A DNA stretch of 39,674 nucleotides from Cellvibrionales bacterium (GTDB lineage: Bacteria > Pseudomonadota > Gammaproteobacteria > Pseudomonadales > UBA7434): assembly GCA_002726445.1 (NCBI GenBank), contig PBSZ01000091.1:1-39674 (forward strand). Reading direction: 5' to 3'. Shown in pieces: positions 21,691 to 31,165 of this stretch. How positions within the stretch are numbered: position 1 is the stretch's first letter; the number at the start of each line of letters is the position of its first letter. The translations under genes and the position numbers were made by a program. Below the pieces are notes generated by a model, which was given only the letters and a program-made list of their open reading frames with translations, searched no databases and had not been told where the DNA came from.

Positions 21691-21939
21691 ATGATGCAAG
21701 CCAGCAAAAGCAAACTGGCAAGACTCTTTCGTGATGATCGACAGCGAATCACGCATTTCGCTATTAGTGGGCTTATCTTTTTTCTCAGCTATGCCCTGCT
21801 CTACTGGTGCGAAACCAATATAGCGCCATCACTGCGACAAGAGCTGATTTCACTCGCGTGTCTTGTTATTGGTGGCTTAGCGTTTTGCTGGGCGATGCTG
21901 ATGCAAATACTGTTTATTTTATCGCGAATCTTTAAATAA
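21691..21939 (+). CDS. Hypothetical small membrane protein (2 predicted TM segments)
   Basis: Starts 4 nt after the dapE stop; has two hydrophobic stretches and fills the gap. Confidence 0.7.
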   Translation: MMQASKSKLARLFRDDRQRITHFAISGLIFFLSYALLYWCETNIAPSLRQELISLACLVIGGLAFCWAMLMQILFILSRIFK

Positions 21940-21945
21940 ACGTTG

Positions 21946-22491
21946 CTAAAAAATCAAACCCAGCGTCGGCACATCAATATTAGCGTAATCCATAATAACC
22001 TCTCGATCAGCGATTTTAAAATTCCCATCAATCATTAATAATTGATCATTACGCTGGCCGCTATAGATAAAATTATCACTGCCGGGTCTAGCAAAAAATA
22101 AATGGAAGTTGCTCCGCACGCGAACACTTTCATCACTGTGGTCAAGCACCTCAACATTGCCAATAATACGACGCGTTCTAGCCGGTGGGTTGTCGGCCCA
22201 AGAGTTCATCTTATAGGCTCTGTCTACTCGGACAAAAAGGTGGGCATAACTCTCTTCACGAATCGGGCAGCCCAAACCATCGCTACCCTCAAGTTCATTA
22301 TCTATTGCAATCATAGCCTCTTCACCGCGCTGACGATTATTGACTAAGGCATTGACTCTTGCAGGCATTACATAGCGAATACTTTCACTAACGAGGGATA
22401 ACCACTGCTGATATTGACGGCCATCTAACAAGCTAGCTTCGCGGTAGTAGAACTGCTCGATCGCATATTGTCTTTCAATATCAGATATCAT
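21946..22491 (-). CDS. Aromatic ring-hydroxylating dioxygenase beta subunit
   Basis: FYYREASLLD, W...IRYVMP, SWADNPPARTRR, SGQRND and KIADREV; overlaps the alpha-subunit stop. Confidence 0.92.
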   Translation of the reverse strand: MISDIERQYAIEQFYYREASLLDGRQYQQWLSLVSESIRYVMPARVNALVNNRQRGEEAMIAIDNELEGSDGLGCPIREESYAHLFVRVDRAYKMNSWADNPPARTRRIIGNVEVLDHSDESVRVRSNFHLFFARPGSDNFIYSGQRNDQLLMIDGNFKIADREVIMDYANIDVPTLGLIF

Positions 22492-23803
22492 CAGCGCTTA
22501 CCTGTTTGGAACTGGCGATTAATTCACGGCTATCATTCACTGCTTCTAATGCAGATCGCCATCGCGAAAAGAAAGCACGGGCATAATATTCATTGGCCGT
22601 TACACTGAGCATGCCGGGAAGATCCGGGTGCGGCTTTTCCTCCCCTAAACCTAAGCCATAGAAATAAGGTTTATCGTCTGCAAAATCGATATTACTGCCT
22701 AAATACTGTTGCATCCATGCTTCTGAATCTTCTTGTTCAAGAATGCCACCCGGACCAAAAAAAGAACTGTAGTTAGTACGGAGTATTTTTTTAATCGCAT
22801 CGGGGGCATCGGCAGGCACCACTGCCCACGACCAATACTCGACTTTATTCGGCCCTCGAGGATGCGACACTTTGAACGAAGTATTCGACCATAAAAAGGA
22901 TAAATTGGGATAAACACCATAGGTTAGACCTTTCATACGCGAGCGAATGTTGCCAACCCGCTCAGCGGCTTTGGCCTGAATCTCAAACAGATACTCCTGT
23001 ATTTCAGCGCCCCCTAAAATGGCACCCATGCCTTCCATACCCCATGCCACATGTGCGTTATCAGTCCCCTCTGGCATGAGTCTAAAGGTAGCACCGTGAC
23101 CGGGCTCAGGAACAGCACTCCAACCGACTGAAAATATTTCTTCATTCGCTTCCGCTGGTATTACTGCACTGTGTAAAAACGGCCCATGATTCACATCACC
23201 TAACTGGTTCTCCATCGGCAATTTCCAGTTAGCGTTAATTGTCCAACGATGAGGCGCGCCAATAAACTCTATACCATTGTCAAAGCGTTCAAAAAAAGCA
23301 TCTAAGTAAAATCGCATATCACCGAGATAACTGTCGAGCGACTGAACTGACTCATCGAAACAACCAAAAATCATTCCACGCCACGACTCCACTCTAGGCA
23401 CAGCTTTGAGACCCAATACGGACTTGTCAGGCTTGTTGGTTAATAATTTTTCTTGGGGTATAGCCACTAAGCTGCCGTCAACACGGTAGGACCAGTTATG
23501 ATACGGGCAAAGGAAACGCTTGGTGTTGCCATGGTCAGCACGACAAACCGGTAAGCCACGATGGGAGCAGCTATTAATAGAAGCGTAAATTTTACGGTCT
23601 TCGCCGCGGGCTAAGATAATTGGCGTTTCACACATATAAGCTTGAACAAAATCACCTGGGTTTTTAATTTGACTTTCATGCCCTAAAAAAAGCCAAGCTT
23701 TAGCAAAGATACCCTTTTTCTCAAGTTCATAAACGCGCTGGTCGGTCCAAGCCTTGCGACTCACATAAGCGGCATCATCACTGACTAAATCACTTATCTT
23801 CAA
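22481..23803 (-). CDS. Aromatic ring-hydroxylating dioxygenase alpha subunit (Rieske)
   Basis: Rieske C-x-H-x17-C-x2-H (CSHRG...CPYHNW). Mononuclear Fe region NWKLPMENQLGDVNHGPFLH and GPGGILEQEDSE. Confidence 0.94.
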   Translation of the reverse strand: MKISDLVSDDAAYVSRKAWTDQRVYELEKKGIFAKAWLFLGHESQIKNPGDFVQAYMCETPIILARGEDRKIYASINSCSHRGLPVCRADHGNTKRFLCPYHNWSYRVDGSLVAIPQEKLLTNKPDKSVLGLKAVPRVESWRGMIFGCFDESVQSLDSYLGDMRFYLDAFFERFDNGIEFIGAPHRWTINANWKLPMENQLGDVNHGPFLHSAVIPAEANEEIFSVGWSAVPEPGHGATFRLMPEGTDNAHVAWGMEGMGAILGGAEIQEYLFEIQAKAAERVGNIRSRMKGLTYGVYPNLSFLWSNTSFKVSHPRGPNKVEYWSWAVVPADAPDAIKKILRTNYSSFFGPGGILEQEDSEAWMQQYLGSNIDFADDKPYFYGLGLGEEKPHPDLPGMLSVTANEYYARAFFSRWRSALEAVNDSRELIASSKQVSADDI

Positions 23804-23839
23804 GGCCAGACCCCCAGCTTAACAACACCTTTAATGTCG

Positions 23840-24730
23840 TTAGAGTTGTGGTATTTCTGCTAGGTTTAATGGCAACTCAGACTTATTATAACAATCGGCA
23901 CGGAAACTTAACGTTTCGGCGGCTTGATCAACATTGATCATGACCACAAAACGCTGCTCGCGAATACCGTCTAATAAATATTGTGCCAACTCATCTAAAT
24001 CTTGAAACTGTAATTCCATACCCGCCGCTTCAGCTGCTTGCTTAAAGTCCTCAACCGAAGGCACAGGATCATAAGGTTTTTCACGCGCCAAATCAGCAGG
24101 CCTATTTCTATCGGTGGTCCAAATACCCGTATCTAGCACACCGCCCGAGGGGTAAAACAAGCTGGCGCGGACATTGGTTTCTTCAGTAATTAACTGCGCT
24201 GCGAGGCACTCGGTAATAATCGATACAGCCGCTTTACTCGACGCGTAAACCGATTGATAAGGCAATGGTGAGATACCACCATCACCGGATGAAGTATTAA
24301 TCACATGGCACTCATCACCCGAAGCAATCATTTTAGGTACAAACGCTTGAATGCCGTGAATGACGCCCATTACATTAACACCATGCACCCACTTCCAATC
24401 ATTAATCGTGGTTTCCCAAACATTGCACGAAGGGGCAGCCACACCGGCATTATTAAATAATAAATGACAGCCACCATGATCGGCATACACTTGATCTGCT
24501 AGCGCATTAACTGAATCGGGGCTGGATACATCAGTCTGGATGCCGCTTAAGCTTGCATCATCAGCACCTAATTCAGCAATTACGCTGTCGATAGCGCTCT
24601 GCTCAACATCGGCAATCACTACCTTAGCGCCCTCGGCTAATAAAGCGCGCACTATCGCTTTTCCGATACCACTAGCACCGCCTGTCACAACCGCTACTTT
24701 ATCTTTAAACTGTTTCATGATGAATTCCAC
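23840..24730 (-). CDS. Short-chain dehydrogenase/reductase (start may be ATG 24718)
   Basis: TGGASGIG, FNNAGV, NTSS and YASSK. Confidence 0.88.
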   Translation of the reverse strand: MEFIMKQFKDKVAVVTGGASGIGKAIVRALLAEGAKVVIADVEQSAIDSVIAELGADDASLSGIQTDVSSPDSVNALADQVYADHGGCHLLFNNAGVAAPSCNVWETTINDWKWVHGVNVMGVIHGIQAFVPKMIASGDECHVINTSSGDGGISPLPYQSVYASSKAAVSIITECLAAQLITEETNVRASLFYPSGGVLDTGIWTTDRNRPADLAREKPYDPVPSVEDFKQAAEAAGMELQFQDLDELAQYLLDGIREQRFVVMINVDQAAETLSFRADCYNKSELPLNLAEIPQL

Positions 24731-24852
24731 TCTTTGTCATTATTAATACATGCAGGCAGAATTTCCTGCGTGATGAATACACAGGGATATGATAACTGGA
24801 CTAATGGCCCAAAAAGATTACCGATGTGAGAACAATCGTCGAGGAAACAGCC

Positions 24853-25674
24853 TTAACGACGGCTTGGCTTTTTATTTTTAGCGGGGCGGCTTTGATCGCG
24901 TGAGGCAGGATCTGATTTTTCAGGGTTTGAATCCACCGGTTCTAAGCCCGCTAAATTGGCTAGGCTCGCCACCTCGGCTGAACTTAATTCGGTATATTTT
25001 CCCGCCTTAAGTGACGAGGGGATAAAAACATTACCATAACGAACGCGTTTTAAACGACTGACTTGAAGCTCTTGAGATTCCCACAATCGTCGCACTTCAC
25101 GATTCTTGCCTTCCATCAATACGACATAAAACCAACTGTTGCTGCCGGTGGCATTTCGACCGCGCTGTATATCCGTAAAGCGGGCGATACCATCTTCAAG
25201 TAATACACCTTCACGTAAGATTTGTAAGGTCTCATCCTCAACCACACCTTTTACACGAACAGCATACTCGCGGTCGATCTGATTGGAGGGGTGCATTAAC
25301 GCATTTGCTAAAGTGCCATCGTTGGTAAATAACAGTAATCCGCTGGTGTTAATATCTAAGCGACCTACAGCAATCCAACGCTCGCCTTTTTTAGCCGGCA
25401 GTCGATCAAATACGGTTTTTCGACCCTCAGGATCAACGCGGGTCGACACCTCTCCTTCAGGTTTATTATAAATAATGACTCTTGTTTGTTCGGCTTTTGA
25501 TGACAACCTTAGACGCTTTCCGTCAAGCTCAATGACATCTCCAAGCGTGGCTTTAGCACCCAAGCTGGCAACTTCACCGTTAATTGTTAAACGACCGGCA
25601 ACGATCCAGCGCTCAATTTCTCGACGTGAACCCAAGCCTTCTGCAGCCAACACTTTTTGCAAACGTTCAGACAT
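24853..25674 (-). CDS. rluB: 23S rRNA pseudouridine synthase B
   Basis: S4 domain ERLQKVLA..GSRRE, YNKPEG, GRLDINTSGLL and EGKNREVRR; follows scpB. Confidence 0.93.
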   Translation of the reverse strand: MSERLQKVLAAEGLGSRREIERWIVAGRLTINGEVASLGAKATLGDVIELDGKRLRLSSKAEQTRVIIYNKPEGEVSTRVDPEGRKTVFDRLPAKKGERWIAVGRLDINTSGLLLFTNDGTLANALMHPSNQIDREYAVRVKGVVEDETLQILREGVLLEDGIARFTDIQRGRNATGSNSWFYVVLMEGKNREVRRLWESQELQVSRLKRVRYGNVFIPSSLKAGKYTELSSAEVASLANLAGLEPVDSNPEKSDPASRDQSRPAKNKKPSRR

Positions 25675-25747
25675 ATCGCTATCTTTTGTTCATATTAAGG
25701 AAGGGGTTAGCCTTGGGGCTAACACAGAGTATTGCAATCAATGACGA

Positions 25748-26632
25748 TTAAATGGCTGATTCATTCACCGCTTTCAGCTCAGTCGCTGCAAAGTCAGGCT
25801 GATCATCGTGTTGCGACTCAATCACATTATCAGCTTGATCATTATTATCGAGCAACTCATCTTCGATCCAACTTTCAAGCGCAACCGTCTCTTCAAGACT
25901 ATCACTGACTTGCTGATCGGTATCCATCAAATCATTATTCAACGACTGTGCTTCGTCGTCCAATGACTCAACTGGATTATCGCTCTCTGTCGATGCAACC
26001 GCCGCTTGTTGGTCATCACCTTCTTCAAGCGTTTCATCATTGGCAGAAGTCATCGTTTCTACCGGTAATTCAATATTTAATTCGCGGCTGATGGTATTTA
26101 AATCTCGCACCTCTGCCAAAGGTGGCAACTGATCGAGACTCTTCAGATTAAAATAATCTAAAAATTGTTTAGTGGTGGCATAAATAGTGGGTCTGCCAGG
26201 GACATCTCGATGACCTACTGATTTTATCCACTCACGCTCAAGTAAGGTTTTAATGATTTGACTACTGACAGCAACCCCTCTGATCTGTTCAATCTCTCCT
26301 CGGGTAATGGGTTGACGATAGGCGATGAGAGACATCGTTTCTAATAGTGCACGGGAGTAACGCGGGGCTCTTTCTTGCCAGAGTTTATTAACCCAACGTG
26401 ATAAATCTTGTTTAACCTGATAACGATAACCACTTGCCACCCGCTTTAATTCAAAGCCTTTGTGTTCACAATCGGCCACTAAATCTGTCAACGCTTGATC
26501 AATTAAACTGTCTTCAGGCTGTTCTAAATCATCAAATAAGGCGGTTAAATCGCGTCGCTGAAGGGGTTTATCAGCCGCCATTAAGGCGCCTTCGAAAATG
26601 CGTTTTATTAGCTCTAAATCATCTATTTTCAT
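25748..26632 (-). CDS. scpB: SMC-Scp complex subunit ScpB
   Basis: SRALLET.S.IAYRQPITRGEIEQIRGV, GHRDVPGRP and FLDYFNL; long acidic tail. Confidence 0.95.
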   Translation of the reverse strand: MKIDDLELIKRIFEGALMAADKPLQRRDLTALFDDLEQPEDSLIDQALTDLVADCEHKGFELKRVASGYRYQVKQDLSRWVNKLWQERAPRYSRALLETMSLIAYRQPITRGEIEQIRGVAVSSQIIKTLLEREWIKSVGHRDVPGRPTIYATTKQFLDYFNLKSLDQLPPLAEVRDLNTISRELNIELPVETMTSANDETLEEGDDQQAAVASTESDNPVESLDDEAQSLNNDLMDTDQQVSDSLEETVALESWIEDELLDNNDQADNVIESQHDDQPDFAATELKAVNESAI

Positions 26633-26678
26633 GGCGTTTCATTTCTCTTAATAGACTAAACTGCTGTAAAAAATATTA

Positions 26679-27662
26679 TTATTGGCCTTCTTCAGCGCTC
26701 GCTACTTTTGCTCGTATATGGATCGGTGCAAAAGGTTCCGCTTGCACGATATCGATTAATGACTCTTTAATTAATTCCATTATCGCTAAGAAGGTCACCA
26801 CCACACCGGCCCTGCCTTCACTGGCCGTAAAAAAAGCAGCAAATGAAACAAAACCCTCACCGCCGTGTAACTGATCTAATACTCTACCCATTCGCTCGCG
26901 CGTCGACAAAGGCTCTAAATGCACTTTATGGCTTTCGAACATGTCAGCGCGATGCAGTACATCCCCAAGAGCAATAAGTAGTTCTTTTAAATCGACATCG
27001 GGTTGAGGGCGCTCGCGCTCATCCTCAGGCGGCTCAATTTCAGCAATAAAAATATCACGCTCGACTCGTGGCATGACAGCAATGTCCTCAGCAGCTTTTT
27101 TAAAGCGCTCATATTCTTGCAAGCGTCGAATGAGCTGGGCCCGAGGGTCCTCTTCGTCATCATCAATTTCTTGCGAGCGGGGCAATAACATGCGCGATTT
27201 AATTTCTGCCAGCATGGCCGCCATCACTAGATACTCAGCCGCTAACTCAAATTGCATGGTGTCCATCAAGCGCACGTAGTGCATGTACTGCTCGGTTAAT
27301 TCAGCAACGTTAATATCGAGAATATCGAGATTTTGCTTTTTAATTAAATACAGCAGAAGATCAAGCGGCCCCTCAAAGGCATCGAGAAAAACCTCTAGGG
27401 CTTTGGGAGGAATATAAAGGTCTACCGGTACTTCGGTCAGCTCTTCACCTCGCACGATTGCAAAAGGCAGCTCTTGCTGGGCATCCCCACCTGCTGAGGG
27501 TTCGGTTGGGGCTCGACCTCTCAACTCTAATAGCCTAGGTCGACTGACTTGGCTATTGGTTTTCAATGCAATAACAGACTCACCGGAGGCCTCTAGGCCA
27601 CTGGTTTCTATCGAAGCCAGGGTTTCTGTGGAAGCTAGGGTTTCAGCAGAGTTATCAGTCAT
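26679..27662 (-). CDS. scpA: Segregation and condensation protein ScpA
   Basis: FEGPLDLLLYLI, AAEYLVMAA.L..IKSRMLLP, DPR..L and FLAIMEL. Confidence 0.95.
   Translation of the reverse strand: MTDNSAETLASTETLASIETSGLEASGESVIALKTNSQVSRPRLLELRGRAPTEPSAGGDAQQELPFAIVRGEELTEVPVDLYIPPKALEVFLDAFEGPLDLLLYLIKKQNLDILDINVAELTEQYMHYVRLMDTMQFELAAEYLVMAAMLAEIKSRMLLPRSQEIDDDEEDPRAQLIRRLQEYERFKKAAEDIAVMPRVERDIFIAEIEPPEDERERPQPDVDLKELLIALGDVLHRADMFESHKVHLEPLSTRERMGRVLDQLHGGEGFVSFAAFFTASEGRAGVVVTFLAIMELIKESLIDIVQAEPFAPIHIRAKVASAEEGQ
27603..27656. repeat. Imperfect 18-bp tandem repeat (about 2.5-3 copies) in the 5' end of scpA
   Basis: ggtttctatcgaagccag | ggtttctgtggaagctag | ggtttcagcagagttatc; encodes ...AETLAS-TETLAS-IET. 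Confidence 0.65.
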
Positions 27663-27833
27663 AAATGACGATTTTCCTATTAATATGCGCTACTTAAAGT
27701 ACTTATAACAGCATTGAATAGCCACCATTATAGCGATAAATCGGATGATAAAAACAGTAGTATTGACGAAATTTAGAACACTTCTCGCAACCGCCGCTAC
27801 TCAACAAAGAATGGGCTTTAGCATGGAATAAAA

Positions 27834-28457
27834 CTAAAGTCGAAATTCTTCGACTGAACCGGCACCTTCTCGCAAAATAATCGGCTCATCATTGCTGAGA
27901 TCAATTACACTGGTTGCTTCCATGCCGCAATACCCGCCGTCGATGATGAGGTCGACTTGATTCGCTAACAGGTCTCTAATTTCGTAAGGATCCAATAATG
28001 GCAGCTCATCTCCGGGTAAAATCAGGGTCACGCTCATCATTGGCTCAGTCATTGCTGCCAATAAACTCTGAGCAATACGGTTATCCGGAACACGAATACC
28101 AATCGTCTTGCGTTTGGGCTGTTTTAGGCGCCGCGGGACCTCATTAGTCGCATGTAAAACAAAGGTATAGGGGCCTGGGGTATGATTCTTGATGGCGCGA
28201 TAGGCAATGTTATCGACCTTAGCATAGGTCGCAATGGCTGATAAATCGCGGCACACTAGGGTGAAATTATGCTTATCATCGAGCTGGCGAATACGACGAA
28301 TCCGCTCAACTGGTTGTTTTTCATCCAGCTGACAACCTAAGGCATAGCCGGAATCAGTGGGGTAAACCACCACTCCGCCTCGCTCAATCACCTCAACAGC
28401 CTGCGAAACAAGCCTAGATTGGGGGGTTTCAGGATGAATTTGCAACATTTGGCTCAT
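27834..28457 (-). CDS. yciO: YciO-type Sua5/YrdC family protein
   Basis: MSQMLQIHP, YPTDSGYALGC, PGPYTF, IGIRVP and IIDGG. Start placed at ATG 28457, a TAATG overlap with the PHP stop. Confidence 0.9.
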   Translation of the reverse strand: MSQMLQIHPETPQSRLVSQAVEVIERGGVVVYPTDSGYALGCQLDEKQPVERIRRIRQLDDKHNFTLVCRDLSAIATYAKVDNIAYRAIKNHTPGPYTFVLHATNEVPRRLKQPKRKTIGIRVPDNRIAQSLLAAMTEPMMSVTLILPGDELPLLDPYEIRDLLANQVDLIIDGGYCGMEATSVIDLSNDEPIILREGAGSVEEFRL

Positions 28458-29341
28458 TATTTCACTGCCCCCTCTGCCGCTAAACGGCTCGCTATTTGCG
28501 GCAACTGCCAAACCGGCAATGCCGTTGCGGGGAGAGCTTTATGACAGCCAACATCCGACCAATGCTGCTCGGGCGTATGGAAATCGCTGCCCATCGAGCA
28601 GGCAAGCTCGAATTTATGCGAAAGCCGCAATAAATAATCCGTCACACGCCCATCTTGATGGCCACTGATCAACTCGAGGCCGTCACCGCCGACGGCTTTG
28701 AAGGCGGCGAGCGTGTCACGCAGCCGAGTCTTGGTTAAGCCGTATTTATCAGGATGGGCAAAAATCGCTAAACCACCCGCTGCATGTATCACCGATACTG
28801 CCTCAGAGGCTGTCGGCCAATTCATTTTCACATCGCCGGGTTTACCCTTCCCCAACCAACGCTTATAGGCTTGCTGAAGCTTATCGCAATGCCCTTGCTC
28901 AAGCAGATACTGGGCAAAATGCGGGCGACTAAGACTGGCGCCAGCGGCAATTTTTTTCGCCCCTTCTAATGCGCCAGTGATCCCTAACCGCTCCAATTTC
29001 AGCCCCATCATTTCACCCCGCCGGTCTCGTAAGCTTCGTTGCTGAGCCAAAAAGTCTTTTAGCACTGGTGTCGCAGGATCCAACCATAGACCGACAATAT
29101 GATAGGGTTGCTGGTCAATACTGGCGCTAATCTCAACTCCCGGCACTAAATAAATGGGCCAACGGGATTTAAAAGCAGCGACATTCTGCAACTGCTCGAC
29201 ACCCGCCATCGTGTCATGGTCGGTGAGTGCTAAATGCGACACACCGTTATTCACCGCTCGATCAAGTAGTTGTTCTGGGGACAAATGACCGTCCGATGCG
29301 GTGCTGTGGGTGTGCAGATCAAAAATCATAGGGGCTTTCAC
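28457..29341 (-). CDS. yciV: PHP-domain phosphoesterase (YciV/TrpH/RNase AM family)
   Basis: DLHTHSTASDG, LTDHDT, GVEIS, RPHFA, AHP and GSDFH; conserved position before yciO. Confidence 0.88.
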   Translation of the reverse strand: MKAPMIFDLHTHSTASDGHLSPEQLLDRAVNNGVSHLALTDHDTMAGVEQLQNVAAFKSRWPIYLVPGVEISASIDQQPYHIVGLWLDPATPVLKDFLAQQRSLRDRRGEMMGLKLERLGITGALEGAKKIAAGASLSRPHFAQYLLEQGHCDKLQQAYKRWLGKGKPGDVKMNWPTASEAVSVIHAAGGLAIFAHPDKYGLTKTRLRDTLAAFKAVGGDGLELISGHQDGRVTDYLLRLSHKFELACSMGSDFHTPEQHWSDVGCHKALPATALPVWQLPQIASRLAAEGAVK

Positions 29342-29500
29342 TCAACTGTGTATGCTTAGTATCGCTTAAAAAATTATTAAAAGATATTCACCGATAGGGA
29401 TTTATAACTACTCATTGGGGGTCGAATTCAGGTAAAATCAACTGATTAACGAATTAGCCAGACTGTAATATTTTATTTACCAAGACAAGACGACTCTTAG

Positions 29501-30088
29501 ATGCGACAAATACTCGATTTAATCCCACTTATCTTATTCTTCATCGCTTACAAAATGGATGGCCAATCACTGGAATTACTGGGCTATTCACATACCTTCG
29601 ATGGCATTTTCTCTGCTACAGCGGTGTTGATGATTGCATCGACTGTACAAGTTGCCATGATCAAGTTATTCACTGGCACTGTCGAGAAACAATTACTCTG
29701 GTTATTTGCCGTTGTTGTGGTTGCCGGTTCGGCAACGTTAATACTTCGCAACGAATTGTTCATTCAATGGAAACCCACTGTCTTTAATTGGGGAATGGCG
29801 ACAGTATTACTCGCCAGTCTATTTATTGGTAAGAAGAGCTTACTTGAACGCATGTTGGGTCAGCAACTACAGTTACCTAAGCCAGCCTGGCTTCGGCTTA
29901 ATCAACTTTGGATTACCAACTTCACGGTCGTAGGTGCGCTGAATATTTACGTCGCTTATAACTTTTCACAAGCCGCATGGGTTGACTACAAACTCTATAG
30001 CGCGTTTGGTTTTACCTTACTATTGATGATACTCACAATGGTGATTATTTTTCCACATATCAAAGATCAACCTGACGATGCTAACTGA
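29501..30088 (+). CDS. yciB: Inner membrane-spanning protein YciB (IspZ)
   Basis: LDLIPLILFF, FIQWKPT, W.RLN..W and WVDYKL; multi-TM. Confidence 0.92.
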   Translation: MRQILDLIPLILFFIAYKMDGQSLELLGYSHTFDGIFSATAVLMIASTVQVAMIKLFTGTVEKQLLWLFAVVVVAGSATLILRNELFIQWKPTVFNWGMATVLLASLFIGKKSLLERMLGQQLQLPKPAWLRLNQLWITNFTVVGALNIYVAYNFSQAAWVDYKLYSAFGFTLLLMILTMVIIFPHIKDQPDDAN

Positions 30089-30119
30089 GCAATAGTCAGC
30101 AGAGGAATATTACCACCAT

Positions 30120-30419
30120 ATGTTATATGCCATTATCAGTGAAGATGTTGAAAACAGCCTAGCCTTGCGACAACAAGTTAGAGACCAGCACTTAGCGCGA
30201 TTAACTCACCTCAAGGATCAAGGTCGGTTGGTACTAGCAGGTCCTCATCCCGCCATCGATACTGAAGAGCCCGGCACATCAGGCTTCACCGGCAGTTTAA
30301 TCGTTGCCCAGTTTGACAGTCTGCAGGCAGCCGAACAATGGGCAAAACAAGACCCTTATATTGCCGCCGGTGTTTATCAACAGGTCACTGTTAAGCCGTT
30401 TAAAAAGGTTTTGCCTTAA
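30120..30419 (+). CDS. yciI: YciI family protein
   Basis: HLARL, AGP, GSLIV and DPY...GVY. Confidence 0.93.
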   Translation: MLYAIISEDVENSLALRQQVRDQHLARLTHLKDQGRLVLAGPHPAIDTEEPGTSGFTGSLIVAQFDSLQAAEQWAKQDPYIAAGVYQQVTVKPFKKVLP

Positions 30420-31141
30420 TGAAGAAAAACGACTTTAAGTTTTGCGCTCACCTAACAAGCCTACCCCTACTGCTTGCTTGCTGTGTCATGACAGCCTTGT
30501 TGCTCACCCCTATTGAGATCCAAGCTGAGCAAACAACGGTTTATGTTAGCGATGTTTTTTATGTGCCGCTACGCAGTGGCAACTCAAACAAACACCGCAT
30601 CATTCATCGCGGTCTTAAATCGGGCACGCCATTAACACTCATCGAATCTGACCTTGAAACAAAGCTAAGTCGGGTAACGACCAGCACCGGCATCGAGGGT
30701 TGGATACAAAGCCAATACCTTAGCGAAACCATGATTGCCCGAACACAGCTTCAAGATATACGCGCAACTGATAAATCCTTACGCCGTGAACTGCAATCTC
30801 GAACAGCCAATGAAACTCAACTGACTGAAGCGATAAGACAATCACAGCAAACACTCAAGCAATTGAAAAAAAATAATCAAGCACTTGAAACTGAATTGAG
30901 CCAGATAAAAAAACTCTCGGCTAATGCGATAAATTTAGATAATAACAACCGCAAGTTGTTACAGAATAACGAAATGCTCAAAATTGAAATTGCCGAACTA
31001 CAAGCCAACAACGCTAGACTGGCTGATAAAAGTGATAAAGAATGGTTTTTACGGGGCGCTTTCGCGGTTTTTATCGGTGCAATATTAGCCATAGCCCTGC
31101 CCCGCTTAAAAATAAAATCTCGAGCCAAAGAATGGTCTTAA
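30419..31141 (+). CDS. SH3-domain protein (YgiM/TIGR04211-like)
   Basis: Signal peptide, YVSD.FYVPLRSG, GIEGWI, coiled coil, then a C-terminal TM with a basic tail ending EWS. Confidence 0.85.
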   Translation: MKKNDFKFCAHLTSLPLLLACCVMTALLLTPIEIQAEQTTVYVSDVFYVPLRSGNSNKHRIIHRGLKSGTPLTLIESDLETKLSRVTTSTGIEGWIQSQYLSETMIARTQLQDIRATDKSLRRELQSRTANETQLTEAIRQSQQTLKQLKKNNQALETELSQIKKLSANAINLDNNNRKLLQNNEMLKIEIAELQANNARLADKSDKEWFLRGAFAVFIGAILAIALPRLKIKSRAKEWS

Positions 31142-31165
31142 CGTGATAGCAACGATGGAGAAAAT

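Noticed and set aside
24749-24772. Hairpin CATGCAGG-N8-CCTGCGTG between rluB and the SDR as a terminator
   Set aside because: There is no U tract on either strand. It could be an operator or stabiliser, but the evidence is too thin.
27603-27656. Repeat considered as a mini-CRISPR
   Set aside because: The units are contiguous, 18 bp, in frame within scpA, with no spacers or cas genes.
28458-28511. N-terminal extension of YciO
   Set aside because: It overlaps the PHP gene; the TAATG coupling at 28457 gives the usual MSQ start.
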